DNA of 64,000 bases, taken from the NCBI GenBank assembly GCA_030390025.1, contig CM059435.1:39866001-39930000 (forward strand), given 5' to 3'. The notes beneath the pieces were generated by a model. The model was given only the letters and a program-made list of their open reading frames with translations. It had not been told where the DNA came from and did not search any database. This document shows, piece after piece, positions 49,123 to 60,538 of the stretch (the stretch's first letter is position 1; the number at the start of each line of letters is the position of its first letter). The position numbers and the translations under genes were made by a program. This stretch comes from Squalus acanthias (Eukaryota).

Positions 49123-49650
49123 CATATAGGAACAGCAGTAGGCCCTTGAGCCCCTCGAGCCTGTTTCGCCATTCAATGAGATCATGGCTGATCTGCGACC
49201 TAACTCCATATACCCGCCTTTGGCCCATATCCCATAATACCTTTTGGTTAACAAAAATCTATCAATCTCCGATTTAAAATTAACAATTGATCTAGCATCA
49301 ATTGCTGTTTGTGGAAGAGAGTTCCAAACTTCTACCACCCTTTGTGTGTAGAAGTGTTTCCTAATTTCACTCTTGAAAGGTCTGGCTCCAATTTTAAGAC
49401 TATGCCCCCTACTCAGAAGCCCCAACCAGCGGAAATAGCTTCTCTCTATCTACCCTATCCGTTCCCCTTAATATCTTAAACTTCGATCAGATCACCCCTT
49501 AACCTTCTAAATTCTAGGGAATGCAATGCTAATTTGTGTAATCTCTCCTCTTAACTTAACCCTTGAAGTCTGGGTATCATTCTGGTAAACCCACGCTGCA
49601 CTCCCTCCAAGGCCAATATATCCTTCCTAGAACTGCTCCCAGTACTCCGT
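49123..49650 (-). mobile_element. CR1 LINE 3' fragment
   Basis: RGHSLKIGARPFKSEIRKHFYTQRVVEVWNSLP (CR1 ORF2 C-terminus) plus 3' tail. Confidence 0.92.
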
Positions 49651-52600
49651 AGGTGATGAGGAAAGGAAAAGAACTGTTGCATAATATTGTTTTGCACAGC
49701 AGTTGCAAACTTTATTTAACTGCATGAGGAGGTAGCTCAACTTTTTTAAAAAAATGCATTACTGTTGCTATTAACTTGTTTTTGCTATTTTTAATAAATT
49801 TGTGTGGCTGTTAATACGCAAGTCAAAAGTCTAGTATAATATTCTGATGCCTTTGAAATAAGAGAAGGATTATATAAAAGCACAGATAAAAACACTACCT
49901 GAAATAAACTGAAGGGGTTCTCTCTTCGTGCCCTGGGCATGCTAAAAAAGGTTACCTAGGTATCTGAGCAGGTTAAAGGCCCCCCCCCCCCACCACCACC
50001 ACCAAGTGCAAGAACTCTTCAAGAATGTAGTCTAAAACACAAGCCAACAATATCTAATGAAAAAGAGTAAATAAATTCCCAAAACATAATTGCTATTTAT
50101 TGGATATGCATGGCTAGTAAGCTATTTATTGAGATGTTCATGTCTACAGTACAACATTTTAATGGAATATTCCCCCCCCCCCCTTTCTTGGCATAGATGC
50201 AACATGGGTGTAGTGTATTGCTTAGTTTGTTCAGTTCTCTTCAAATTTTTAGAAAGGAAATTCTTTTTTAGAGAAGTGTTACCAGATCTATGATGTACGC
50301 AAAAGGTTTGCTATACTGGAGAAATAATATTAAATATATTGAATAACCGATTCTGGGAGCCATGCAAAAAGTTATAGTTTTTTTTTCATCTCTTGCCAAT
50401 GAGGGAGTAATTTTGTTTCATAATGGAAGTTGTGGTGCAATTGAGACTCTTTGGTGAAGGGCTACTGTATGAGCTGCTGCGCTTAACGTGAAAATTGTTT
50501 TCCCGAAGTTTTAAAACTGGGAACTAATTACTGTCATGTGGCCGTATCAAATGAATGTAATGTGATCACCTCCATGTGCCGTACCTTTTTTAAATAGCCT
50601 GCCTGACAGAATGATGATACAACTGCTTTCAAACTGGACAAGGATACCCTTGTTCTATGTGACCATGGATTGGATAATTAGCTGTACGTTAAATGTAGAG
50701 GCCAGGAATGTCTTGTTTGACATTACTTTAGTGGTACAGTGAATGGATTGAAATTAACTTCTATCTGTAGTTTGAGGCAGGAACTGCCTTGAACCTTCTT
50801 GCAAATGACACACAAAACTGACCAACTCATTACTCAAACATTTACATCAGAGCCTTGACGCTGAAAGCAGTTTTACTGGTTATTTTGGCTACTGCTAGTG
50901 ATGCTCATTTTAATGGTATTGTTGCAAGATCTGAAGGTGAAAGAGTGTAAACCATGCTGTGACTTTTTTTCTTCTCTCTGCTGCCCGGAACAAAAATTTA
51001 AAATTTTAACAGCTAAATGCATATATTGGGGATTTAAAAAAAAAAAAAAATGATTTGTGTATGTTTATACTTTGTTCCTGTAAAGGCAGTCCACTTCAAA
51101 TGTTACTTGCCCTGTGACTTGCAGACCATTGTTTAGCAATTTGTGTTTTCAGGATTCAGATGCATCTATCGTACTATTATAAAATGAATGCTTAGTTTTA
51201 AGCGATGTGCCATAACCTTCAATCATTGACCCTTTTTCTTAAAATACTTCATATTTTCTAACTTTCAATATGGATAATACCCATTTTTAAATTTGTAAAT
51301 GCATACTCATTGTCAGATTGATATTGCAGTAAGATTGCACCATCTAGTGCTCTACCATTTTATTGCAGTAAAAGCACTTTCCATTTTTTACCAAACTGCT
51401 CATACCTCTAGAAATGCATGTGACATTGCAATACTCGTGTTGATAATATGGCCTTCAACTGAATAAAAGTCTGGCTATGACTACTGATCACTTGAGACGA
51501 TTGTGTACTACTGTGGCTTATAAATACTTCACAATCCTGCACATGCTAAATTGGAAGAATTGTATTGATTACAATGAGAAAACTGCATTTCATTGGTATT
51601 GCATATTCATGCCATGCCATAGTCCTTCCTACCCCATGTCATCCTCATTATGCTTGACCTGCTGTGATTAGGACCTGTTGCATGGTTAAAATTTAAGTTT
51701 TAAGGTATGCACAAAGAATAAGTGTTTGGTAGTGAATCTTAATCCTCATTGGTTTACAAATGTCAACAAACCCCCAATCTCTCTCTTTATGGCCCCTGAA
51801 TCACACTGAATTTCTGCCTTTAACTTCCTGTAACCATCTGTTTATAATTAGGCTATGTATGTATGAGTTTCTCTTGTCTCATTCATCACAAACTAGTTTA
51901 TCATTAATGGCAAACATCATTACAACTATTATTTAAACTCTAGTGTAGGTCCAAAAAGGGGAGAGGTGGGAGAAGAGAATGTGTGTGCATATAATGTTTT
52001 GGAGTGGGTCCAAGATGTTAGTTTCTAAACAATGTTCCATTATTGTTTTACTCCTTTCTCGTATCTAGAAAATTCAGTAGTTGACATTTAGCTCTGATAA
52101 TGCTTCAGAACATTCTTGTTCATTTTGAAGCTTAACATTTGTTTCAATTTATGGGCAAAATGCACTTTGGTAAAGTTTCTATGAAAGCTCAAGGCATTGA
52201 GTAATCACTCTCTTTATTTTAAAGCACTAGTAAATGGCCTGTGGTGTTGCCCAGGATCAGCTGATGAATATACCAGATGATGAGTTGGGAAAATGTCTCA
52301 ATTGTCCACAGATCCATCTAGTGGCCACAGTTTGCAGCTACATCATGGAAGTTGATACAGCAAAATGAATGGGATTTTTTTGTTCATTTTTTGGGATGTG
52401 GGTGTCTCTGGCAAGGCTGGCATTTATTGTCCATCGCTTAGTTGCCCTTAAGGTGACAGTGGGCTGCCTTGTACCCCAGCAATTTACAATGGTAAATGTC
52501 TTCCTAGGTTTACACTTTTTTTAGAATAGCAACTGGCTATGTAAACTTCTCGCTGTAATTGCATCCTCTTGCCAGTTGTGCTGTATTGTCTCCACTGGGG

Positions 52601-52907
52601 GAGGCTGTAACTAGTGTGACAAGTTTACATATGCTGTTGCCATTATGAATGTGGACTTGGATTTGATGGAAAAAATTGACGGGCAGTGTGGAGAAAAGAA
52701 GAGACTTGTATTTATATAGAGCCTTTCACGACCTCAGGATGTCCCAAAGCGCTTTACAGCCAATGAAGTACTTTTGATGTGTAGTCACTGTTGTAATGTA
52801 GGAAATGGGGCAAGCTCCCACAAACAGCAATGTGATAATGACCAGATAATCTGTTTTGTTATGTTGATTTGAGGGATAAATATTGGCCAGAACACTGGGG
52901 ATAACTC

Positions 52908-53136
52908 TAATATGATAGCAAAATACTGCAGATGCTGGAAATCTGAAATAACAACAGAAAATGCTGGAAAAACTCAGCAGGCCAGGCAGCATCCGTGGAG
53001 AGAGAAACAGAGTTAACGTTTCAGGTCAAAGACCTTTCATCAGAACTGGAGACAGCAGGAAATCAAATAGATTTAAAGCAAGGATAAAGCTGGGAAAAGG
53101 GGGAGGGGATAAAAGAACAAAAGGAGAGATTAAGAG
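52908..53136 (-). mobile_element. Penelope-like terminal repeat insertion (229 bp) with 14-bp TSD
   Basis: Exact TSD actggggataactc at 52894-52907 and 53137-53150; homologous to 13597-13790. Confidence 0.88.
53011..53047 (-). ncRNA. Intact minimal type I hammerhead ribozyme motif
   Basis: Minus strand: aguu CUGAUGA A AGGUC uuu GACCU GAAA CG UU aacu; helix I aguu/aacu, 5-bp helix II, palindromic AACGUU helix III, GUU cleavage triplet. Confidence 0.8.
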
Positions 53137-53300
53137 ACTGGGGATAACTCCCCTGCTCTTCAAAATAGTGCCATGAATCTTTTACATCCACCTGAGAGCA
53201 GACGGGGACCTTGGGATCACCCTGTTAAGCTCAGTGCTGTATCACATTGCATTTTCCTGTAGTTTTATTGAAGCCCTTTAAATCAGCAGTATCCCTTGGA

Positions 53301-53455
53301 CTGCAGCATAAAAGGGGAGCTTTGCTGCTAACATTAGAAAGCTCAAGACAATAATGCATAAATTGAATTTACTGCCATGTTGAGCAGCTGCAAAGGATCT
53401 AATTAGCCAATTGGATTTTTGATTTTCATTTTTCATTTTGATTCACTTGCCAATT
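53301..53455 (+). repeat. Direct repeat, copy 1 (upstream of coding exon 54137-54262)
   Basis: ctgcagcataaaaggggag...aatgcataaattgaatttactgccatgttgagcagctgcaaaggatctaattagc recurs at 54621-54787. Confidence 0.85.
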
Positions 53456-54084
53456 TAAATCGATGCAAATTATGAACCACAGTGAATATATTTCTCAGCC
53501 GGTAAGTTGCGTGTGTAACTGGTGTGATAGGCAGGCAAATTGTAATTGGACAGCGTAGATGAACGTTTGAGAGTTGGTGATCCAAGTATTGATTATGGTT
53601 GAGCAATGTCTAATGTATCTTATGCAGAGACACTGCTGTATTTCTAAGATCAACATTCCAATGTCCACCTATACTGATCTTGGTTATGACATTTGCCCTT
53701 TTATTTTTTGTTTTGGGGGCGAGGGAGAGAGAGACAGGAGGTGTAACAATTAATTCTGGTCTTGAGTAGTCAACTGGTTTAATACTTTATGATGGAGTTC
53801 TTAGAGGTAGGTATGTTTTTGTAACTTTGCAACTTTTTGCCTCATTACAGTTAGTTTTTTTGGGGGGACCCAGGTGCATCTGCTATTCTAAGAATAAAAC
53901 TCATTTTCTTGCAGTCACTTTTCAAAAGATTTCCGTCACCTGTTAAATTGAAAATGTGTCATTTAGAAGTACTTTTATTATACACTCATTTTTTGCTGTA
54001 GATTTAATGTACAGTTGGTAAATGGTTCATCCTCTTGGATTAGGATAAAATTGCCAGAAAGGAAATTGCTCTCATGTGGAATGA

Positions 54085-54288
<204 letters not shown>

Positions 54289-54620
54289 TGAAATATTTCA
54301 GAAATCCTCAGTATTTTGTAAATGGCTCAAACACTGCCAAATAATGGTGCTATTTACTTTATACAGAATATAAGGTATCTGTGTTTGTTACAAAGCTATA
54401 AATGAAAACCAGGCTGAAACCTTACATGGGTTGGGAACTTGGGATCTACAAAGAATATCTAAAGTGCTTAAGAACATTAAAGTCTGGAGTGGAAAAAGGC
54501 CTTTGGGTCATCAAGCCTACTCCATCCAGAGTCCATTATCACTCTATCATGGACTGCTCCCTCTGTTTTTCCTCCCTGACCACTACTTGCTCATTTCCTA
54601 CTTCATTCCCCCTATGTCCA

Positions 54621-54787
54621 CTGCTGCATAAAAGGGGAGTTTTGGAAAATGTTGACAATCATGTCTTCACCTATGGAATGCATGAATTGTATTTACTGCC
54701 ATGCTGAGCAATTGCTAAGGGTCTAATTAGCTAACTTAATTTGGATTGTTTTACGGTTCTAATCAGATTTTTCATTCACTTGTTGCC
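54621..54787 (+). repeat. Direct repeat, copy 2 (downstream of coding exon 54137-54262)
   Basis: ctgctgcataaaaggggag...aatgcatgaattgtatttactgccatgctgagcaattgctaagggtctaattagc. Confidence 0.85.
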
Positions 54788-54819
54788 AGTGCTGTTATTA
54801 TCTATCATTCTTAATCTAT

Positions 54820-55284
54820 CTTCCCAATAGATGGTGATCCATCTCCCTTTTTAAATATCAATTGACCCATATTTTCTCAAGTCCGTTTCAAACATCTGCT
54901 CTCCTATTGGGTAAAAACTTTATTTAATATCTAAATTTGCTCAAGGCTTGTGAATTTTGTACTGCTGTCCTCTAGTTTTATGCACATCTCAACCTTATCT
55001 CCAACTTTCATTATTTTAGTCATTTATATGTCTTTATATCACTGAAAGTAAGCTTTTGTTGCTTTAGACTTGTTGACTTCAACTTCCAAGGCCTAAAATA
55101 ATCCTGGACACTTCTGAGCCCTTTCCAATAAATCCTTATTCTTTTTCAGGTGCGGTAACCAAGCTATATGCCATACTCCATAATTGTCCTGTACACTTTC
55201 AGTACAACTCGCTTTGACCCTCCAGATGCATCCAGTACCCAATTTGCCTTATTGCTGGCCAGATGCTTTCAGTGTATTATCTAT
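54820..55284 (-). mobile_element. Very old CR1 LINE, probably continuing at ~56985-57480 and ~58080-58190
   Basis: Minus strand reads like LEYGI.LGYR..KKNKDLLERAQK (CR1 LEYCVQFWSP..KKDI..LERVQR motif); later pieces resemble progressively more upstream RT sequence. Confidence 0.5.
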
Positions 55285-56983
55285 CAATGGAAATGGCAGA
55301 TCAATTAACTACATACTTTGGTTCTGTCGTCACAAAGGAGGACACAAATAAACTCCGAGATGTCGGGGAACATAGGGTCTAATGAGAGGGAGGAATTGAA
55401 TGAAATCAGTATTTGTAGGGAAATTGACGGGATTGAAGGCCGATAAATCCCCAGGGCCTGATAATCTACATCCTAGGGTACTTAAGGAAGTGGCCCTAGA
55501 AATAGTAGATGCATTGCTGGTCATCTTTCAAAATTCTATAGACTGTGGAACAGTTCCCATTGATTGGGGGGTAGCTAATGTAACCCCACTATTTAAAAAA
55601 GGTGGTAGAGAAAAAACGGGGAATTAAGCCTGACATCGGTAGTGGGCAAAATGCTAGAGTCCATTATAAAAGATGTAATAGCAGAGCACTTGGAAAACAG
55701 TGACAGGACAAAGTCAACATGGATTTACAAAAGGTAAATCATGCCTGACTAATCTACTGGAATTTTTTGAGGATGTAACTGGTAGAATAGATAAGGGAGA
55801 ACCAGTGGATATGGTGTATTTGGACTTTCAGAAGGCTTTCGATAAGGTCCCGCATAAGAGATTAGCGTGCAAAGTTAAAGCACATGGGATTGGGGGTAAG
55901 GTACTGATTTGGATAGAGAACTGGTTGGCAGACAGGAAGCAAAGAGTTGGAATAAACGGGTCTTTTTCCGAGTGGCAGGCTGTGACTAGTGGGGTACCGC
56001 AGGGATCGGTACTAGGACCCCAGCTATTCACAATATATATTAATGATCTAGACGAGGGAACTAGATGTAATATCTCCAAGTTTGCAGATGACACAAAGCT
56101 GGGTGGGCGTGTGTGCTGTGAGGAGGATGCAGAGAAACTCCAGTATGATTTGGACAAGTTGGGTGATTGGGCAGATGCAGTATAATGTGGATAAATGCGA
56201 GGTTATCCACTTTGGTGGCAAAAACTGGAAGACATTATTAACTGAACAGCAATAGATTGGGAAAAGGGGAAGTGCAACGAGATCTGGGAGTCCTTGTGCA
56301 CCAGTCGCTGAAGGTAAGCATGCAGGTGCAGCAGGCGGTTAAGAAGGCAAATGGTATGTTGGCCTTCATAGCGAGAGGATTCGAGTACAGGAGCAGGGAT
56401 GTCTTGCTGCAGTTGTACAAGGCCTTGGTGAGACCACACCTTGAGTATTGTGTGCAGTTTTGGTTGCCTTATCTGAGGAAGGATGTTCTTGCCATGGAGG
56501 GAGTGCAGCGAAGATTTACCAGACTGATACCTGGGATGGCAGGAATGACGTATGAAGAGAGATTGGGTCGATTAGGCTTATATTCGCTAGAGTTTAGAAG
56601 AATGAGCGGGGATCTCATTGAAACTTATAAAATTCTAACAGGACTAGACAGACTAGATGCAGGAAGGATGTTCCCGATGGCGGGGAAGTCCAGAACCAGG
56701 GGTCACAGTCTAAGGATAAGGGGTAAGCCATTTAGGACTGAGATGAGGAGGAATTTCTTCACCCAGAGAGTGGTGAACCTGTGGAATTCTCTACCACAGA
56801 AGGCAGTTGAGGCCAATTCATTAAATATATTCAAGAAGGAGTTAGATATATTTCTTGAGGCTAAAGGGATATGGGGAGAAAGCAGGGACAGGGTACTGAA
56901 TTTGGATGATCAGCCATGATCTCATTAAATGGCGGAGCAGGCTCAAGGGGCCGAATGGCCTACTCCTGCTCCTATCTTCTATG
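55285..56983 (+). mobile_element. Young 5'-truncated CR1 LINE (RT domain, few frameshifts)
   Basis: [88 protein letters not shown]; 3' tail gaatggcctactcctgctcctatcttctatg. Confidence 0.97.
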
Positions 56984-57484
56984 CTAATCACACTCCAATC
57001 CTAATTTTCAGCCTCTGCCAGTAGAATGGCAAAATAGGACTCTTCCATATTAAACTCATTTCCTGTTGCTTGTTCCCATAATTCAGTACAGTACCATTAT
57101 CCACATTAAAATCCATCAGCCTTATCTGACAATCTACTTAAATGGTACAAATCTTTCTGAAGATAATCAAGGGCTCATTAACTTTTGACAGTAGCAGATT
57201 GACCACCCGTTATACTCCGTCCTGATTTTTTTTCTTTCTTTCCATTTGAAGTCCCTTTTCTACTTGTTATTTGCCCACTTAGCTTTGTGTCATTAGCCAA
57301 TTTAATATGTTAGTACAAACTCCCTTTTCCTTATCATTCACAAACAGTAGGGGGTCACAGAACAGTTACCTGTAAAATAGCACTGGCTATTTTTTCCCCA
57401 GACACTGAATTTTCCATTTACCATCTTTCATCTATCTTTGTTAAGCCAATTCTTTACCCTTCTGGGCAATTTGTTGATTATTTG

Positions 57485-58078
57485 TAGAATCATAGAATAG
57501 TTACAGCACAGAAGGAGGCCGTTCGGCCCGTCGAGCCCATGCTGGCTTTCTGCAAGAGCATTTCAGCTAGTTCCACTCCCCGCCCTTTCCCTGTAGCCCT
57601 GCAATTTTTTTTCCTTCAGGTACTTATCCAATTCCCCATTGAAAGCCGTGATTGAATCTGCCTCCACCAGCCTTTCAGGCAGTGCATTCCAGATCATAAC
57701 CACTCGCTGCATAAAATAGTTTTTCCCCATGTTGCCTTTGGTTCTTCTGCCAATCACCTTAAATCTGTGTCCTCTGGTTCTCGACCCTTCCGCCAATGGG
57801 AACAGTTTCTTCCTATCTACTGCCTAGAACCCTCATGATTTTGAACACTTCTATCAAATCTCCTCTCAACCTTCTCTGCTCTAAGGAAAACAACCCCAAC
57901 TTCTCCAGTCTATCCACGTAAATGAAGTCCCTCATCCCTGGAGCCATTCTTGTAAATCTTTTCTGCACCCTCTCTAAGGCCTTCACATCCATCCTAAAGT
58001 GCAGTGCCCAGAAATGAACACAATAATCCAGTTGAGGCTGAACCAGTGTTTTATAAAGGTGGTTCATAACTTCCTTCT
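57485..58078 (-). mobile_element. CR1 LINE 3' fragment
   Basis: LYKTLVQPQLDYCVHFW...LEQRRLRGDLIEVFKIM and SRTRGHRFKV...QRVVMIWNALP; tail repeat tagaatca. Confidence 0.93.
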
Positions 58079-58610
58079 ATGAGCATTAACCTTGCCTGTT
58101 AACATCACATGAGCATCTTTTGTTGAACTACTTCCGAAAATCCAAGGAAATTGCATTTACTGGATTATCCTTGGCCATACAACAACTCACATTTCTGTAA
58201 TGATCATTATGTGCAAAGGGACATCTCCAAGAACTTTACATGGTGAAAGTAAGTAAGTGGACAACAAACAAGGGAATGAGAAGAGCAATGAGTTTTTGAA
58301 GATGGGGAGGGAGTTGGAATAGATTTGATGAGTACAGGTGGCTGAAGGCATCTCCACTGATGGAGCAAGGAAGGAGAATTATCTATCTAAATTAGTTACC
58401 TCCAAGAATTTGTTCGTTCTTCCCCCCCCCCCCCCCCCCCCCCCCGATTCATATTGGGCTAATCAGCCTTTAATTAGTGGCTTAATGCCTTACTGCTCCT
58501 CATTTTTGGAATTAAAAAAAAAAAATTTCCACCAAGTATTTGGGAAGCTTATTTTTAAGTGCATGTTTTAAAACACGCTGAATTTCCACAGGTTTAAAAA
58601 GCCGCAGGCT

Positions 58611-58680
58611 CCAACCACTGAGACCAAGAGGGTTTAAGGTGTTAACCAGCCACTGAGACCAAGAGGGTTTAAGGTGTTAA
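58611..58680 (+). repeat. 35-bp tandem duplication
   Basis: cca(a/g)ccactgagaccaagagggtttaaggtgttaa x2, one mismatch. Confidence 0.95.
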
Positions 58681-60033
58681 TGAGCCAAGCATTATAGAGG
58701 CTACCACAATGACTGGCAATATTGAGAATCATTATCTGATTTTGGGTGGCCTAACAAATATTCACACCTATTATGGTGGGACTGATTCTATTCATGAGGT
58801 GTCTGCTGATCATGTACTCTTTGGGTTGGGGGGGGGGAGGAGGAGGAGAGGAAAGTAAAGGAAAGGGGTAGTCAGTTTGGTTGACAGGCCTGCTGGCACG
58901 TCTGAGTGAGGAAGGAGTTGGAGACAGTGCCCTTCTGCTTTCTGTGAAAGAAGAGAAAAAAGGAGGGAAGAGACTAGTGTAAAGTCAGTCAGCCAGTTAG
59001 ATTGGAGAAGGCAGCATGGCCTAGCAAGGAAAGCTGGCCCATTTCAAGCCCAGAACTGGTCAGAACCTAATGATGCAGTAGGAAAACTTAAGTCCATTAA
59101 TGTGGATAGTGTGATGTGCTTTTATTACTTTGCTCACAGAGGGACCTGAAATTGGTTGAGATGGAATTGCTTGCAGTCTGTAAAAATAAAGCAGCATAAT
59201 GATTTGTATCAAGCCTCGTATCACTAAAGTGTTTCAGTTCACCCACTGAAAGATGGGATGTGGAAAGACGTCATATCCAGTTCAGATTACAAAGGGGACT
59301 CTATTGTTAGCCCTGGGTTACACTATTGTATAACTGGATATCCCGACCCCTGGATAATGGACCACTTTCAGGAGTGACCAACACTTCTGTGGCTGATAGA
59401 ATATTTAAGGCAGACCTGAAATTTGTCACACTTGCTACTCTTTTAAATATCAAAAGTACACTTTCTATCTTCCGGTCTTTAGGCACTACTCCAATATTTC
59501 ATCATTAATTCCTTGAGGATTCTGGAATGTATCCCTTCTGGCCTTGAAGCCTTGTAGATAGATATCTCATCCTTCCAGTTTTTGCTCAGCACCATCTTTA
59601 CTAGCTTTTATGTGTTACAGATGGCTTAATCCCATTTACCATAGTTAGCCTGCAGTCCTCATTTTGTGATGTGAAAAATCCATTCAAAATACCTGGCCTA
59701 TCCTGCCCATCTGTAATAATTTTACCCAGTTTTATTTTTTAATAAACCCACTGCATCAGCCCAATAGAGTAAATTGAAATGCTGCACTATTGACTTTTAA
59801 AGATTCTGGCATTTTCATGGCTCACTGAGGACCTCCGGTGTCAGAAACAGTTGTGTGCTCGGCACAGTTCACTGCTCCACATTAGACTTTTTAACCATCT
59901 CGCCTTGATGGCTATGATGTAAGGTTTACATACTTTTCCAATTTCTTACCCTATCTCCTTGGTATTCATGGCCAGGTGGGTACGATGAAGCCTGACCTGT
60001 GGAGAACTCCATGGCAGTCATTAATGATTCTTG

Positions 60034-60137
60034 CGATTCTGACGAAAGGTCATCGACCTGAAACGTTAACTCTGTTTCTCTCTTCACAGATGCTGCCTGA
60101 CCTGCTGAGTATCTCCAGCATTTTCTGTTTTTATTTT
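60034..60137 (+). mobile_element. Penelope-like terminal fragment with hammerhead motif in gene-sense orientation
   Basis: TSD attaatgat(t/a)cttg at 60020-60033 and 60138-60151; CTGACGA A AGGTC atc GACCT GAAA CG TT aact at 60039-60071. Confidence 0.85.
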
Positions 60138-60538
60138 ATTAATGATACTTGGATGCCTTAAGGTGTACTAAAAAAAAAAGCCGACCCCAGCTTTGCTGTT
60201 TCATTAGTTTCTCTTCTCTTCCCCCTCCCTCCCAACCACCAAAACAAATGATCAGAGTTGTGAAATTTTCCTTTTCTCTTTAGGAGAGGTCTATCTCTGG
60301 TTCATTATGCATTAGATGTTTTAAGCACTCTTTCTCCCTTCTTCCAGGTAGAACATGGGTATGCAAGATTGAAACGGTGTTAAAATCAATTACGGATGTG
60401 TTTATAGGATTACTTTGAGAGGGTAGGACTCGTGACAAAAATGTGATTTTTGGGTGTGATTGTGAATTGTAGTGTAATGATTGGTAGATCCTAAATATAG
60501 GAGTATATTTAAAACCTTTTTTTTTGTTTTCGCTTCAG

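Larger units (their letters stand above)
52695..53215 (-). mobile_element. DeuSINE interrupted by a Penelope-like insertion
   Basis: Reverse complement of 42030-42310, split at actggggataactc, which is duplicated. Confidence 0.88.

Noticed and set aside
58423-58445. Poly-C tracts (also ~25714-25731 and 62582-62605) and the poly-proline ORF
   Set aside because: Simple homopolymers of uncertain assembled length; no evidence of function.
58611-58680. CRISPR-like 35-bp repeats
   Set aside because: Two abutting copies with no spacer, in eukaryotic DNA; a simple tandem duplication.
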